The notes under the pieces: model-generated
The model's database searches: none
Told to the model about the DNA's origin: nothing
Seen by the model: only the letters and a program-made list of their open reading frames with translations
Shown here: in pieces, positions 53,501 through 64,000 of the stretch
How positions within the stretch are numbered: the stretch's first letter is position 1
Layout of the letters: each line of letters opens with the position of its first letter
Translations under genes and position numbers: made by a program
Source: Mytilus trossulus
Lineage: Eukaryota
DNA length: 64,000 nt
Reading direction: 5' to 3'
NCBI RefSeq assembly: GCF_036588685.1
Contig: NC_086373.1
Coordinates: 92,690,001-92,754,000, forward strand

Positions 53501-56500
53501 TTATATAGCTGATATTGTTGTGATTCATATAATATCTATGCAAAAATAAGGGGAAAAAAAGAAAATTGCCTTATGCCATGTTGCAATGAATTAGTTATTA
53601 TATATTAATGCATGGTATGGTTTGTCAGCAATTTATAAGCCAATTTTATATAAAAGGATCATCATCTTGTCATATTTTCTGTAGAAAATTGCATTCTTTT
53701 AATTTTTTCTTGTACCAAAAAAATAATAACAAAAAATGTATCCTCAATCTTTCTTTTTAAGAGAAGTAATTTTTGTTAAGGATGTTTGCTACTCTATTTT
53801 AAAAAAATAACAAGCTTTTTGAAAGACTGTTCTACATTGATAGAATAAAGAATAAAGAAACTAAAAAAACAAAACAAAAAGAAGGGTCCATGTGCTTGTT
53901 TTCAAGATAAAGCCATTGAAAATTTGGTGGGAAATTATTCTCTCTAGATTTTTCCTTAATTTAACATTTGCCTCTTTTTTGTTTAAAAAACTACGAAAAA
54001 ATAACAAGGATTTCATAAGATTTTAAAATATGGCTTTTTAAAGTATATGTAATAAAAACATGAAAAGAAAAGTAGGGGTTAGTGGGCAAAATGTTAAATG
54101 TTAATACATTGTACATGGATTAAACCAGAGGATTCTGAAAATTTAAAAAAGAGAGGAGCAAACATCCTTTAATCTGTTGTTAAAGTTATATATTTTGCCC
54201 GCACTCAGAATTCTAGAGAATATTTTTGTAAATGAGACTGCTAAAGATATCTATTATTTCAGACAAAATGATTATGTGATGTTGATCAATATTAGAATAA
54301 AGTCAAAGAAATTGTGAAAAAATGTATTATTTGGTTGCTTATTATTTGGGTCTTGTGTTGGGTCTTTGCTTACCCTTACTTTGCCACTGACACTGTGGAA
54401 AATAATCCAGACTTTAAAAATACAAAAAATTCTGGGTAAAATTTTTATTTGGTTAAAAAATAGCTATTTTGATGTACATAATTATGTAACATAAGTATAG
54501 CCTCAGTAAATGGAACAGTTAAAGTCTGGCTCAGCTTTCAGGACAATATGCATACTCCATACTGGTATATATACAAAATAAAACTTACCTATTGCAAAAT
54601 GGTTGAATACATCAATAACATGTCATTTGATAAGTAATAAAACCTCTTGTTGTAGGAAATGAACTTGTCCCCTGCCAACTACCACAAAATTTTAGATCTT
54701 CAGAGTGAGAGAGATATAAGTATATTACATGGTGGATCCGGTGGATATCAGCGATATACAGTAAGTACAAGAGGAGAAAAACTGCAACTATATTATATGA
54801 TTTATTTTTGGATCACATAATTATTTGTAATTTGAGAGAATGTTTCTAGTACCAGGGGGTCACAGGAATTTTAAAGCTATACACTGATTTTTGCTAAAAT
54901 TAAGAGATTTGTACTTTGAAAATTTCTACCCCTAAAAAATGGCTTCAATTTTTTTTTAATTTTTATTGCTAGTGACGCCTTTCATGTTGTTTCAACACAT
55001 CTAGTTATTATAGTCTCAGCCTAGTATGATACCATTACATGTAATTGTGTTATGATTTTAGTCTCAGACTAGTGTGATGCGGTTATTTACCAAGTTCTTA
55101 AGAGAACACAGACCAGATATAGAGACAGCCTTCCTACAACAGGATAAAGATCACAGTGGTAACCTTTCTAGTGAGGATCTAAAGATGGCACTGAAAACCG
55201 CAGGATTACGTCTAACAAATGTAGGTTCAATACTTTTCATTATAATCTGCAAATTAAATTGAGAAAATTGGCAGCTACTTAGAGGCAATTTAGCTGTTTC
55301 AAGAACTGGTTTTATCAAATAAGGATATTTTAGCATGGGAACTGATGATAATTTTGTCAACTAAATCTGTGAGATTTGTATTTAGTCATTAACTTATATC
55401 TTTCAGAAAACAAGATCAATTTTTCTTGCACTTTATTCAGTGTAAAATATTATTTTTCATAATAACTCATGATTTCAGTTTCAATATTGCTGAGAAAAAA
55501 ATCAGGTTTGTTTTGTATCCGTGTTGATAAACTCAATTTAAACTTTCATTACTCATTAGGCAATTAAATCAGGTTAGTGGTTTATCTTCTTAAATGTACA
55601 TTTGCTAACATCAAAATCATATGATTTCTGGAGAATAGTTGTCTCATTGGCAATAATACCACATCTTTTTATTTTGTATTGAACAATCAAGTTAGGTTAT
55701 TGGTGTAATATTATAGATAAACTTCAGCAAAATGAAAATTAGGTATCCATTAAAAAGTGCTATAGTCAATCAATGCAAGTTATTGATGTATCATAAGTTC
55801 ATAACAAATATAAACTCCATTAGAATGGGCAATAAATTCAGAGAATTGGTATAAAATAATTGGGATTATATTACTTGGCAATACAATCAGGCAATTTGAA
55901 CATTATGGATGGATCCATAAAATTGTGATTTTTATTTTGTGAACAATTTTGCGTATCATTGTTGAAAATTTCTTCAAAAATATTTATTATAATAATTATC
56001 TTTCAACAGTTAATGCAATTTGTATATCAATACAGTAAAATTTTTCCAATTTAGAAAATGTACAATTGTTTGATGTAGTTGAAGTGTCATTATAGTGATA
56101 ACGTTCCACCAGTTTTGAAATGCAAGCATGAATAAAATTGAATTGTTATTTAGATATTTTAAAAGAAAAAGAATACAAGTATGTAATCCATAGCTCCATT
56201 TTGTTTACTACAAATACTGTTAAAGAATTTTCAGATTTATAAATAAGAACAAAATGTCATAAAAATATATCTATCACATGCATTAGTTTTGCTCCACATT
56301 AATATGCCATTCAGTAGTAAATGAAATTATATGATTCTTACATATTCCCTGATGTAATTCTGAAGCTGAGTAAAATCTAGATTTTAATTTAAATCATATC
56401 ATACAGCAGAATTATGCTTTGCTTTACAGAAACAGCTTGGTGTTTTATTAGAGGACATTGATATGAACCATTCAGGAGAAATCAAATATAAAGACATCCT

Positions 56501-56615
56501 CAGTGGTACAGCATTAGTAGGAAAGAGAAAGTCATCACAAGTATATACACTGGCAGGATTAGAAAGTAAAATACATGTCCTCAGCAACAGAGGAAAAGAG
56601 ATTGGAGTCTCTTGA
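35018..56615 (+). CDS. LRRC74A-like protein, about 666 aa: Ser/Pro/Arg-rich N-terminus, RI-like LRRs, C-terminal EF-hand pair. Exons: 35018-35522, 36858-37022, 40655-40720, 41113-41222, 44682-44789, 45154-45247, 45954-46084, 46396-46482, 48535-48650, 49176-49254, 49697-49786, 54656-54760, 55062-55220, 56430-56615
   Basis: Fourteen GT-AG exons sum to 2001 nt with consistent phases. Motifs: SDEYDTDLE, YNEAC..G.IPV, MRHHYLGGNGTKPIARAL (LRRC74-type from recall). LRRs: LDLADNYL, LDISNNFI, LDLSNNNF, LDLSWNSL, LDVSWNGF, LDLSNNRI. EF loops: DKDHSGNLSSED and DMNHSGEIKYKD. Confidence 0.88.
36858..37022 (+). CDS. LRR-EF gene exon 2 (..SPHDSDEYDTDLEADVQK)
   Basis: Open in phase 1-1 with canonical sites. 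Confidence 0.85.
39544..39694. mobile_element. Palindromic MITE-like element of about 150 bp
   Basis: agaaataattcataggggcttg..tatattgatttt ... aaaatcaatata..caagcccccttgaactatttct. Confidence 0.7.
40125..40307. repeat. 91-bp tandem duplication
   Basis: Two near-identical copies starting at 40125 and 40216. Confidence 0.9.
40655..41222 (+). CDS. LRR-EF gene exons 3-4 (40655-40720; 41113-41222)
   Basis: DPTGKTAYNEACEKTG|LIPVTYMNKHLGDKNLRMRHHYLGGNGTKPIARALE, canonical sites. Confidence 0.88.
42658..44350 (+). mobile_element. HINE family 2 copy split by a HINE family 3 insertion
   Basis: Ends match 19651-20526 reversed; the host monomer resumes at about 43913. Confidence 0.8.
42829..43912 (+). 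mobile_element. HINE family 3, full length, monomers of about 146-147 bp
   Basis: ttttgtcga..hairpin ctgcaac..gttgcag; monomers at 43165, 43311, 43458, 43604, 43750; ends ggcgagacatttcagcgtgtgcactcttgtt; inserted in a T-run. Confidence 0.85.
44682..46482 (+). CDS. LRR-EF gene exons 5-8 (44682-44789; 45154-45247; 45954-46084; 46396-46482)
   Basis: RI-like 28-aa LRR units, canonical sites. Confidence 0.9.
47329..47803 (+). mobile_element. HINE family 4 (two monomers of about 169 bp); truncated relative at about 46535-46660
   Basis: tttatgcccc..ggggcat hairpin, gtcc-like microsatellite, 3' ggggcatccgtgt..acacattcttgtt. Confidence 0.75.
48535..49786 (+). CDS. LRR-EF gene exons 9-11 (48535-48650; 49176-49254; 49697-49786)
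   Basis: LRR units, canonical sites, phases 0-2-0-0. Confidence 0.9.
48621..49036 (+). repeat. 32-bp minisatellite (about 13 units) spanning the exon 9 donor
   Basis: Unit aggtaaataatgaactcagagtgcttgatctc; the first copy is coding. Confidence 0.95.
50242..51112. mobile_element. MITE with GAGGGTGGTAAAGGG TIR, flanked by tatatt direct repeats, hosting a nested element
   Basis: TIRs seen at both ends; subterminal acacg.aaa repeats. Confidence 0.8.
50673..50940. mobile_element. Short CATACCTG(T/C)CAAC TIR element with agaacg direct repeats
   Basis: catacctgtcaact ... agttggcaggtatg. Confidence 0.8.
51579..51587 (+). CDS. Candidate 9-nt microexon (Asn-Cys-Gly) in intron 11 of the LRR-EF gene
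   Basis: ttaattgcctgctttcag|AATTGTGGG|gtaagt; frame-preserving in a phase-0 intron. Confidence 0.5.
53191..53332. mobile_element. Small MITE with a 19-bp perfect TIR core
   Basis: gccttgaagtcataaaact ... agttttatgacttcaaggc. Confidence 0.8.
53780..54168. mobile_element. Kolobok-like MITE with TTAA flanks
   Basis: ttaa|ggatgtttgct ... agcaaacatcct|ttaa. Confidence 0.75.
54656..56615 (+). CDS. LRR-EF gene exons 12-14 (54656-54760; 55062-55220; 56430-56615), EF-hand pair and stop
   Basis: In-frame exons, two EF loops, TGA at 56613-56615. Confidence 0.87.
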
Positions 56616-57315
56616 TTGGTGGATACATTCTTAGTCATAAATAAAATGAATCTCCTTAGTAACAAGCAGTAGCAGTATTAATTGGTTGTTGGGTTTCACT
56701 AACAGCTTTGGTTTATATATTTGCTCATGCTCCTGGTTTGGATACAAATGTGAAAAAGATGAAGAAATTTACTACCAAGTCACTAATGAATGGATTATTC
56801 CCCTGTTCAGTAGCCAATGATAAGAAAATACCCAATATGCATACTATTCCTTTGTCATACCTTATGAAATTCAGAATTTATCCTTTTAGTGTTTGCATTT
56901 AAGAAAAAGGGCCAAATAATTTTACAAAAGGTATTTAATATAACTTTATTAAACAAAATTTTACAGTTAAAATTGTCGTGTGCTGATCATACAAAGACAC
57001 ATTTTTGTCTGTAACTAACATTTGTATAGCACTGATAAAGCTTGATCTTTTTACAATATTGATTGATGTAATGCTTTATCCAAGTGTAGTTTATATTCAC
57101 CTCTACAAACTGATCGAAATGTAAAGCATTATTAGCTAATTAAATAAGTAAAAGGTAGTTCATATGGAGCCAGTGCAGTGAATTCAAAAGTATTCTTACC
57201 ATCCAATTCAGTGCTTGTCTGTTTGTCAAGTGTAAATTTGTCTCCAGTAACTTTAATTTTTTTAACATATTTTGTTACCATCTCTGTTATAATATTCCGT
57301 CCTTCCATACACCAA

Positions 57316-58591
57316 CAGGGCCGTAACTACCTATGAGGCAGGGGAGGCAACTGCCTCCCCTAAATTTTCTACACCAAAACTTTTTTTTAAGTAATAAAAT
57401 GAAATATTGACAATATGTACACGAAGAACTTGAATTTATATTATAAACAACACAAGTTTACAGTTTTAACAGTTTTATCATGATACGCCATATATATCTG
57501 TCATTTCTCGGATTTTTGGATCGAAAGTGAACCGTTTCAGTATTTTTTTAATTTTTTTTTTCGTGTGGCCGTCCGCCTGTTATTCAGTTAAGCTGGTTCT
57601 CGACTGACTACTACACTTTGTTCATAGTTTGAGTGTGGCGATAATACAAGCGGATTTCCAGTTTATTATTAAGTATTCGTACGAGAACACATATGAAACT
57701 TTGCTTTCGATAATTTTGAATAAAACTTTTAACTATTCACATTTATTTAGGGGCTCACTTTTAGCAGAGGAAGTTCCCTTTGTATTGTGAATCTTTTATG
57801 ACATCGGAAATTCGTTACCGGCCGAATCAGCTGTTGGGTCATTTTTTTTAATAAAATTAACGGTACCAATTTTCTTGCACCAGATGCGTCTCCCGATCGT
57901 ACGAGACTGAACATTATGATCAATGCCTAAGTAGTTAAACACTTTATTCGTTGTAGCAGGGACTTTCTATACTAGTAAGTAAAATATTGTAATACATTTG
58001 TAATACTAGTATTGAAAGTCTCTGTGTGTAGTTATATAATACATGTCTGTTCAGCTTTAAACAATATTAAAATTCAAGGTCCTCGATAAAAAAAATATAT
58101 CTTGCGTTCTATGATCTTGCTTTATATGGTTTTTTAATAGCTTACCACTTTGATTTCTAACAAACATATCTTTAAATACAGATAATAATTGTTTGCTTAA
58201 AAATGCTTCCACAGCAATACTGATGTTTCTTAAAGTAAGGAAATCGAAGGAAAACGGGTCATTTTGAGCCATATTGGGAAAAAATCCGCGTTTACAATTT
58301 ATTTAATGTTAATAATTATAATAGGTCGAAGTATGGCCTTCAAGGCGGAGCCTTGGCTCAACCCGAACAGCAATTTCAGCTTGTTGTTGCATAAAAATTG
58401 CTTCAAGGTTCAAGCAATACTGATGTTTTTTAATGTAAGGAAATCGAAGGAAAACGGGTCATTTTAGCCATTTTACTGAGGGCAAAAAAATCGGCGGGGG
58501 GCTGCGCCCCCCAACCCCCCTCTTTAAGGGGCCTCAATCGGCAGCCCCAAACCCCTGCCTCCCCTGAATTCGAACCCTAGTTACGGCCCTG
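57316..58591. mobile_element. TIR element CAGGGCCGTAACTA with a 5-bp accaa duplication
   Basis: 14-bp perfect TIR, accaa on both flanks, homologous to 20590-21659. Confidence 0.87.
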
Positions 58592-59267
58592 ACCAACCTA
58601 TGTTGATACCAAAAGTCAACAGTTGTCTTGCCTTATTTATAATGCCTGTAAATATTAAGCTGATATTTTGGTCTTTAATTGTATAATAGTGAATTACAAA
58701 TCTTATTCAAAAAGTGTTTAGTATTACCTACTTTTTTCTGAATAATGTGTCTAGCTTCATGAAACATTAACTTGTATAGATCTATCTTTGCATTATGTCT
58801 ATTCCTTTATAAGCTAAGTTTATATGCATTGCCAGAAATAGGTATGTTATGGTAATAATTTTGCGGCATGCAAGGGCGTTTGTGTTTACAGAACAGATCT
58901 AATTGTAGGTGTTTATCTACAAGATAATGGAAATAAAATGTTATTATGTACAGTATTTATTAAGATGTCCAAACATGATTTTTATAGTTTGTAATTTTTT
59001 ATATAAGCTGCTATACACTAGTTTTACTTTACATGCCTTTAACAATCCCATGTGCTTTAATTTAAATTAGATTTATTTTTTTTATAAATTGTGCCTATGT
59101 AAATTTATGTCGATATGTTACCATTGGCAACTATGCAAATAATTTGTTACAGTGTAATCTAGTCTGTGATACAAATATTAGGCCAAATGTTATTTTATTA
59201 ATGAGTTATTTAATTATACATGTTATATATGTCATTCAGTTTGTGTTTTTTCATAAAATAATATGTA

Positions 59268-59878
59268 GAGTGGGGTGCCCATTTTCGCCAGGGACACAAT
59301 TTCGCCGTTTTATGATTTTGAGGTGTAAAAACTTCAAGGGATGGCTGAAATGAAAGTATATAAGTATACCAGTAAATGATATTATATAACAAATATGATT
59401 ATTTTTTAAAACTGAGACAAAATTGCGGCACCTACTGAAAAGGACGGAAAAATGGACAACGATTTTCGGCCAATTTCATAAAGAAAATACACGAATTCAA
59501 AGAAGTATTTCTTAGTAATTCTTTGTCTGAATGCCCTAAATTTCAGTTCTTTTAACACCTTTGAAATGTCAGCTATTCATCTATAATGAAATTGATTTGA
59601 TCAATGTTGTTTAAAGCTGCGTTTTTTTTGTTTTAAATAGATATGTAAAAACGGCGAATATGTGTCCCCCATTGACAAAAAATCAGGAAATTTCATACAC
59701 CCTTTAATCTTACTTTTCAGATGATTATATTCTAACAAACACGTTTTCAAGCTTAAGAATATTTTGCGTTTGAAGTTATCTTCATATAGAAATATCAGTA
59801 CATACATCAAAAACATTTAGACCTGAACATAAACTGTAGAAAGCATGAAAAGATGTGGCGAAAATGAGCACCCCACTC
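59268..59878. mobile_element. MITE with TA flanks (Tc1/mariner-like)
   Basis: ta|gagtggggtgcccattttcgcca ... tggcgaaaatgagcaccccactc|ta. Confidence 0.82.
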
Positions 59879-62379
59879 TAGAGAGGGTTTGAAACAGAAA
59901 AGGAGGGAGGGGGTTGTCTCCAATATGAAGGTATATACAGATGTGCAGCTAAAAAGGGTCACTTTTTGACATCTCAAATATATCGATGAGTTGCAATTTT
60001 ACCAAGGAAAAAGTAAATTTATCAACAGGTCAGCTGCACCTCTGTATTTGAAATGCCATGTTGAGACACACCTCCTCCAAAGGTTTGAAGGTGCTTCAAA
60101 TCAGTTGCAGAAAATAGGAAACAAGATTTGTATCCATACCTTCTGTCTATACATGTATTTCGGTAACAACCATTGTTTGTTTTTCAATATATGATTTGTC
60201 TTCCACTTATCAAGCTGTTACATAGGGAGGAATGAGAACTGACCCCTGATACATGTTAATGTCGGATCAGAAACAGAAACCTTTACAGTGCTGTCGTTAT
60301 TATTTTTTTTACACTTACAAATGTGATCATCAGTTGCCTATGTTGAATTAATTCTTATCAGAACCCGACTTGGTTTATCCAGGTCTTACCATGTGGTTGG
60401 AAGCTACTTTGAATGCTAATGGCCATATATATGGTTAGCTCTAGTTGTCTGACTTGGTAAAGATCATATGGGTAGGTGTTTAGTTGATCTCAAATTGATT
60501 TTTCTGTATATCTTTTATTCATATTTGTTCTTGGAAATACATAGTAAAATGTGCTTTTGATTTTTATTAAGAACTGTCATCAGTATCCATAGTTTTTTGG
60601 GGTCTATTTTCAGTATGTATTATAATCCAGAAATAAACATAAATACATGCTACTTTCTGCAAGTTATATCCTATACTATATGATAGAAAAGTCTACCATT
60701 CCTAATGGTCATTATTCATTTGCAGATTTGTAAATTCTGTACTCAGTTGGGTTTAGCTTATTTTAAACAAATTTTATGTACTTTAAATTATTTTTGAAGA
60801 GGAGATGATTTTCTTCTTTTCAAGTCTTCCAAGTCTTCATGTTTGTGTTCTCTGGTGTGATATAACTTACATATGATTACCATGTTGTTTTAAATTGCAA
60901 AGATTTTTTTTCTTTTGTATTTGGCTTAACTGTTAAGTCAACAGGTACATGTTTTGAAAAGTGCATATACTAAAACAGAAGCAATAAAGCACTGTGGTTG
61001 ACTGATGTAGAAACTAATATTTTGTATTTTCCTCATCTAGCTGTTTCTCAGCTCAGCAGGGGTGGGTGAGCTGTGTTTACATATTGAAAACCCTGTTCAA
61101 AGTTAATTCATCATCAGTTACTAACAGCATCATTTCATCTGCATATTATTTTATAGCTGATTTATAGAAAAACTCAGGTATCATATATTATAGTTATTAC
61201 ACATGGTGTTAAGTGGTATTTATTTTCAATAAGTATTTTGTAACAGTTTGATCTATAAGTGATTGTCTCATGCATATTTACTGACCGATTGTAATGTATA
61301 ACCTTAGAGAACTGAATTCCACTACTTTTTGTCCTAGAAAAAAAAATAAATGTCAAAATTTTGATATACCGTACTCATCAATGTAACACACAAAGTATTT
61401 ACCTGTCTTTCTTTATTTGCAGAATAAGTATTACATTATGAATTGATATATTGATTTGAGCATTAAAAATAAACTGTCTCAGTAAAGGTATGCATTGTTT
61501 TTATTTAAAGTCATAAATGCCTCTCTATGATACCCAAAGCTTATTCTTAACTTATGTCTAATTAGGAAGAAAATCTAGAGAACATGAATATATACAGGGA
61601 CAGATCCAGGATTTTAGGTTAGGGGGGGGGGGGGTGCAAACTTAATTTTTTTAAAGGTAAAATTATAGAAATATTCTTTCAGAGTCGGTGCAACCCATGC
61701 TTTGCAAATTAAGAGGAAGGGGGACACACACCTGCCATGCCCAAACCTAAATCTGCTATTGGAAAAAGCAGACATGTATATTTACACTTATTTAAATTTG
61801 ATTGTGTACAGAAAGCAATAAAGCTGAATTTGCTTTTTGCTATTTCAACCATGGAATCAATATACAATTCTTTGAAAGATAGCAGTAGTTATCAATAGCC
61901 AGTCAAGAAATAGAACAAGTTACATAAGGATGAATTGAAAGTCTTAAAACTATATATTCCTGTATTTACCATAGCTAATAAAGAATTCATGATTCATTAA
62001 ACAAACAAGTATACATAACTTTTGAAACAAGAAAAAGACACACCAATAGATCAGCTGTAACAAAAAACATATATGTAAGTCTACAGATTATGTAATGATT
62101 GAAGTTCTTAAAAGTTCAAACCTTAGACTGTTAAAAGATTGTAATCTGCGCATCTATCCACCTTTATCTAATTTTAACTTTTCTCTTTCTCCCTAAAACC
62201 ATGCTTGTAACATCTGTTGCAGAAAGCTCACCATATGGATAGTGATAGATAACTAACTAATTGAAAGCTTTGTATAATGTAAATTTTAGAAGGCAAAAGA
62301 CATGGATGCTTCATACTTTGTATATAGATGCCATAGTAATGAAGTTTCATTCTGTCATATATCCATTGACCTTGACCTC

Positions 62380-63631
62380 ATTTTTAGCTCACCTGGCCCA
62401 AAGGGCCAACTGTGATTTTCTCTTCACTTGGCATCCATCGTCATTCGTTGTCGTCTGTCCTCATTAACTTTTACAAAAATCTTCTCCTCTGAAACTACTG
62501 GGCCAAATTTAACCAAACTTGGCCACAATCATCACTAGGGTATGTATTTTTAAAAATGTGTCCGGTGACCCAGCTAAATAACCAAGATGGCCAATATGGC
62601 TAAAAATAGAACATAGAGGTAAAATATAGATTTTGGCTTATATCTCTGAAACCAAAGCATTTAGAGCAAATCTGACAGGTCCAGATTGATCTGCCCACAT
62701 ATTTTCCGACAAATCAGACAACCTGTTGTCTGGTTTCTGCCCCCGAATTAGTAATTTTAAGGAAAATTTGCAGTTTACGTTTATTATCTTGAATATTATT
62801 ATAGATTTATAGATAGAGATAAACTGTAAACAACAATAATGTTCACCAAAGTAAGATCTACAAATAAGTCAACAATACCAAATTGGTCAGTTTACCCTTT
62901 TAAGGAGTTATTGCCCTTTATAGTCAAATTTTAACCATTTTCTAAAATTTTTTAGTAATCTTTTAAAAAAAAAATCTCTGAAACTGCTGGTCCAAATTTA
63001 ACACAACTTGGCCACAATCATCATTAAGGTATCTAGTTTAACAAATGTGTCTGATGACCCAGCCCATGAACCAAGATGGCTGACATGGCTAAGAATAGTA
63101 AACAGGGTGAAATGCAGTTTTTTGTCCATATCTCTGAAACCAAAGCATTTAGAGCAAATCAGCTGGGAATAAAATTGTTCATCAGGTTTTGATCGTTCTG
63201 CCCTGAAATTTTCAGACCAATCAGACAACTTTTTGTTGGTTTGCTCAGTGCCCTTGAATTGGGATTTTTAAGAAAATTTTGCAGCTTTTGGTTATCTTGA
63301 ATATTATTATAGATAGAGATAAACTGTAAACAGTAATAATGTACAGCAAAATAAGAACTAGAAATAAGTCAACACAACCACAATGGTCAATAGACCCCTT
63401 AAGGAGTTATTGTCCTTTTAAGTCAATTTTCAAAATTATTGTAAATTTATAAAAATTATTTTCAACTGTCACTTCTGGGCAAAAATTAATTATAGATAGA
63501 GATCATTGTAAGCAGCAAGAATGTCCAGTAAAGTAAGATCTACAAACACATCACCCAACACCAAAACAAAATTTTGTCATGTGTCTTTTGTTCAATATGC
63601 ACAAAGACCAAGGTCTTTAGAGCCTCTAGTT
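62380..63631 (+). mobile_element. Older HINE family 1 copy, flanked by HINE family 3 pieces (62205-62380, 63632-64000)
   Basis: tttttagctcacctggcccaaagggcc ... ctttagagcctctagtt; two diverged monomers. Confidence 0.82.
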
Positions 63632-64000
63632 ATTGAACCTGTGACTTTTTTCGCAGAAAGCTTGACATAGGGAAAGTGATCCAGCTGCAGCTGCGTTTAC
63701 TAACTTCTAAAAAGCTGTATATATTAGAAGTTGAAGACTTGCATGCTTCATACGTTGTTTACATACGCCTTATATTATTAAGCTTTTGACTGCCATACAT
63801 ACATTGACCTAATTTTCATGGTTAAATGACTTGTTGAAAAACAAGTTTCTCTCTAATCATGCTAATGAGTAATTAGATAACTATAATTATGTTGTACGTA
63901 TGTGCATACCTTGCAACTTCTGCATGACTGTCAGACAGTTTTCATCTGACTCGACCTCATTCGATTGGTCAGTAAAAAAGGTTAAGTTTTTCTGATCAAG

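Noticed and set aside
59990-61500. Third gene or ncRNA downstream of the LRR-EF gene
   Set aside because: Only short ORFs and isolated splice-like sites; no recognisable motif or structure.

Overview
AT-rich eukaryotic (metazoan) genomic DNA. The repeat families suggest a bivalve mollusc, Mytilus-like; this is an inference. Two intron-containing genes lie head-to-head. On the - strand is an adiponectin receptor/PAQR class I gene (6 coding exons, 16152->10834, about 392 aa). On the + strand is an LRRC74A-like LRR plus paired EF-hand gene (14 coding exons, 35018->56615, about 666 aa). The rest is mostly non-autonomous mobile DNA: at least four families of Helentron-type HINE elements with internal tandem arrays, a canonical Helitron, many TIR MITEs (several nested up to four deep), a 5'-truncated LINE, SINE fragments, and four minisatellites. 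Most ORFs in the supplied track are spurious. The best leads are: a cryptic 9-nt microexon with UGC motifs; a 32-bp minisatellite that multiplies a real splice donor; twin near-identical HINEs bracketing the whole AdipoR CDS; a strong excess of TACATGTA palindromes, some at insertion junctions; and HINE monomers carrying nuclear-receptor DR0 motifs at about 146-147 bp spacing. All coordinates and counts were read by eye; no database searches were run.
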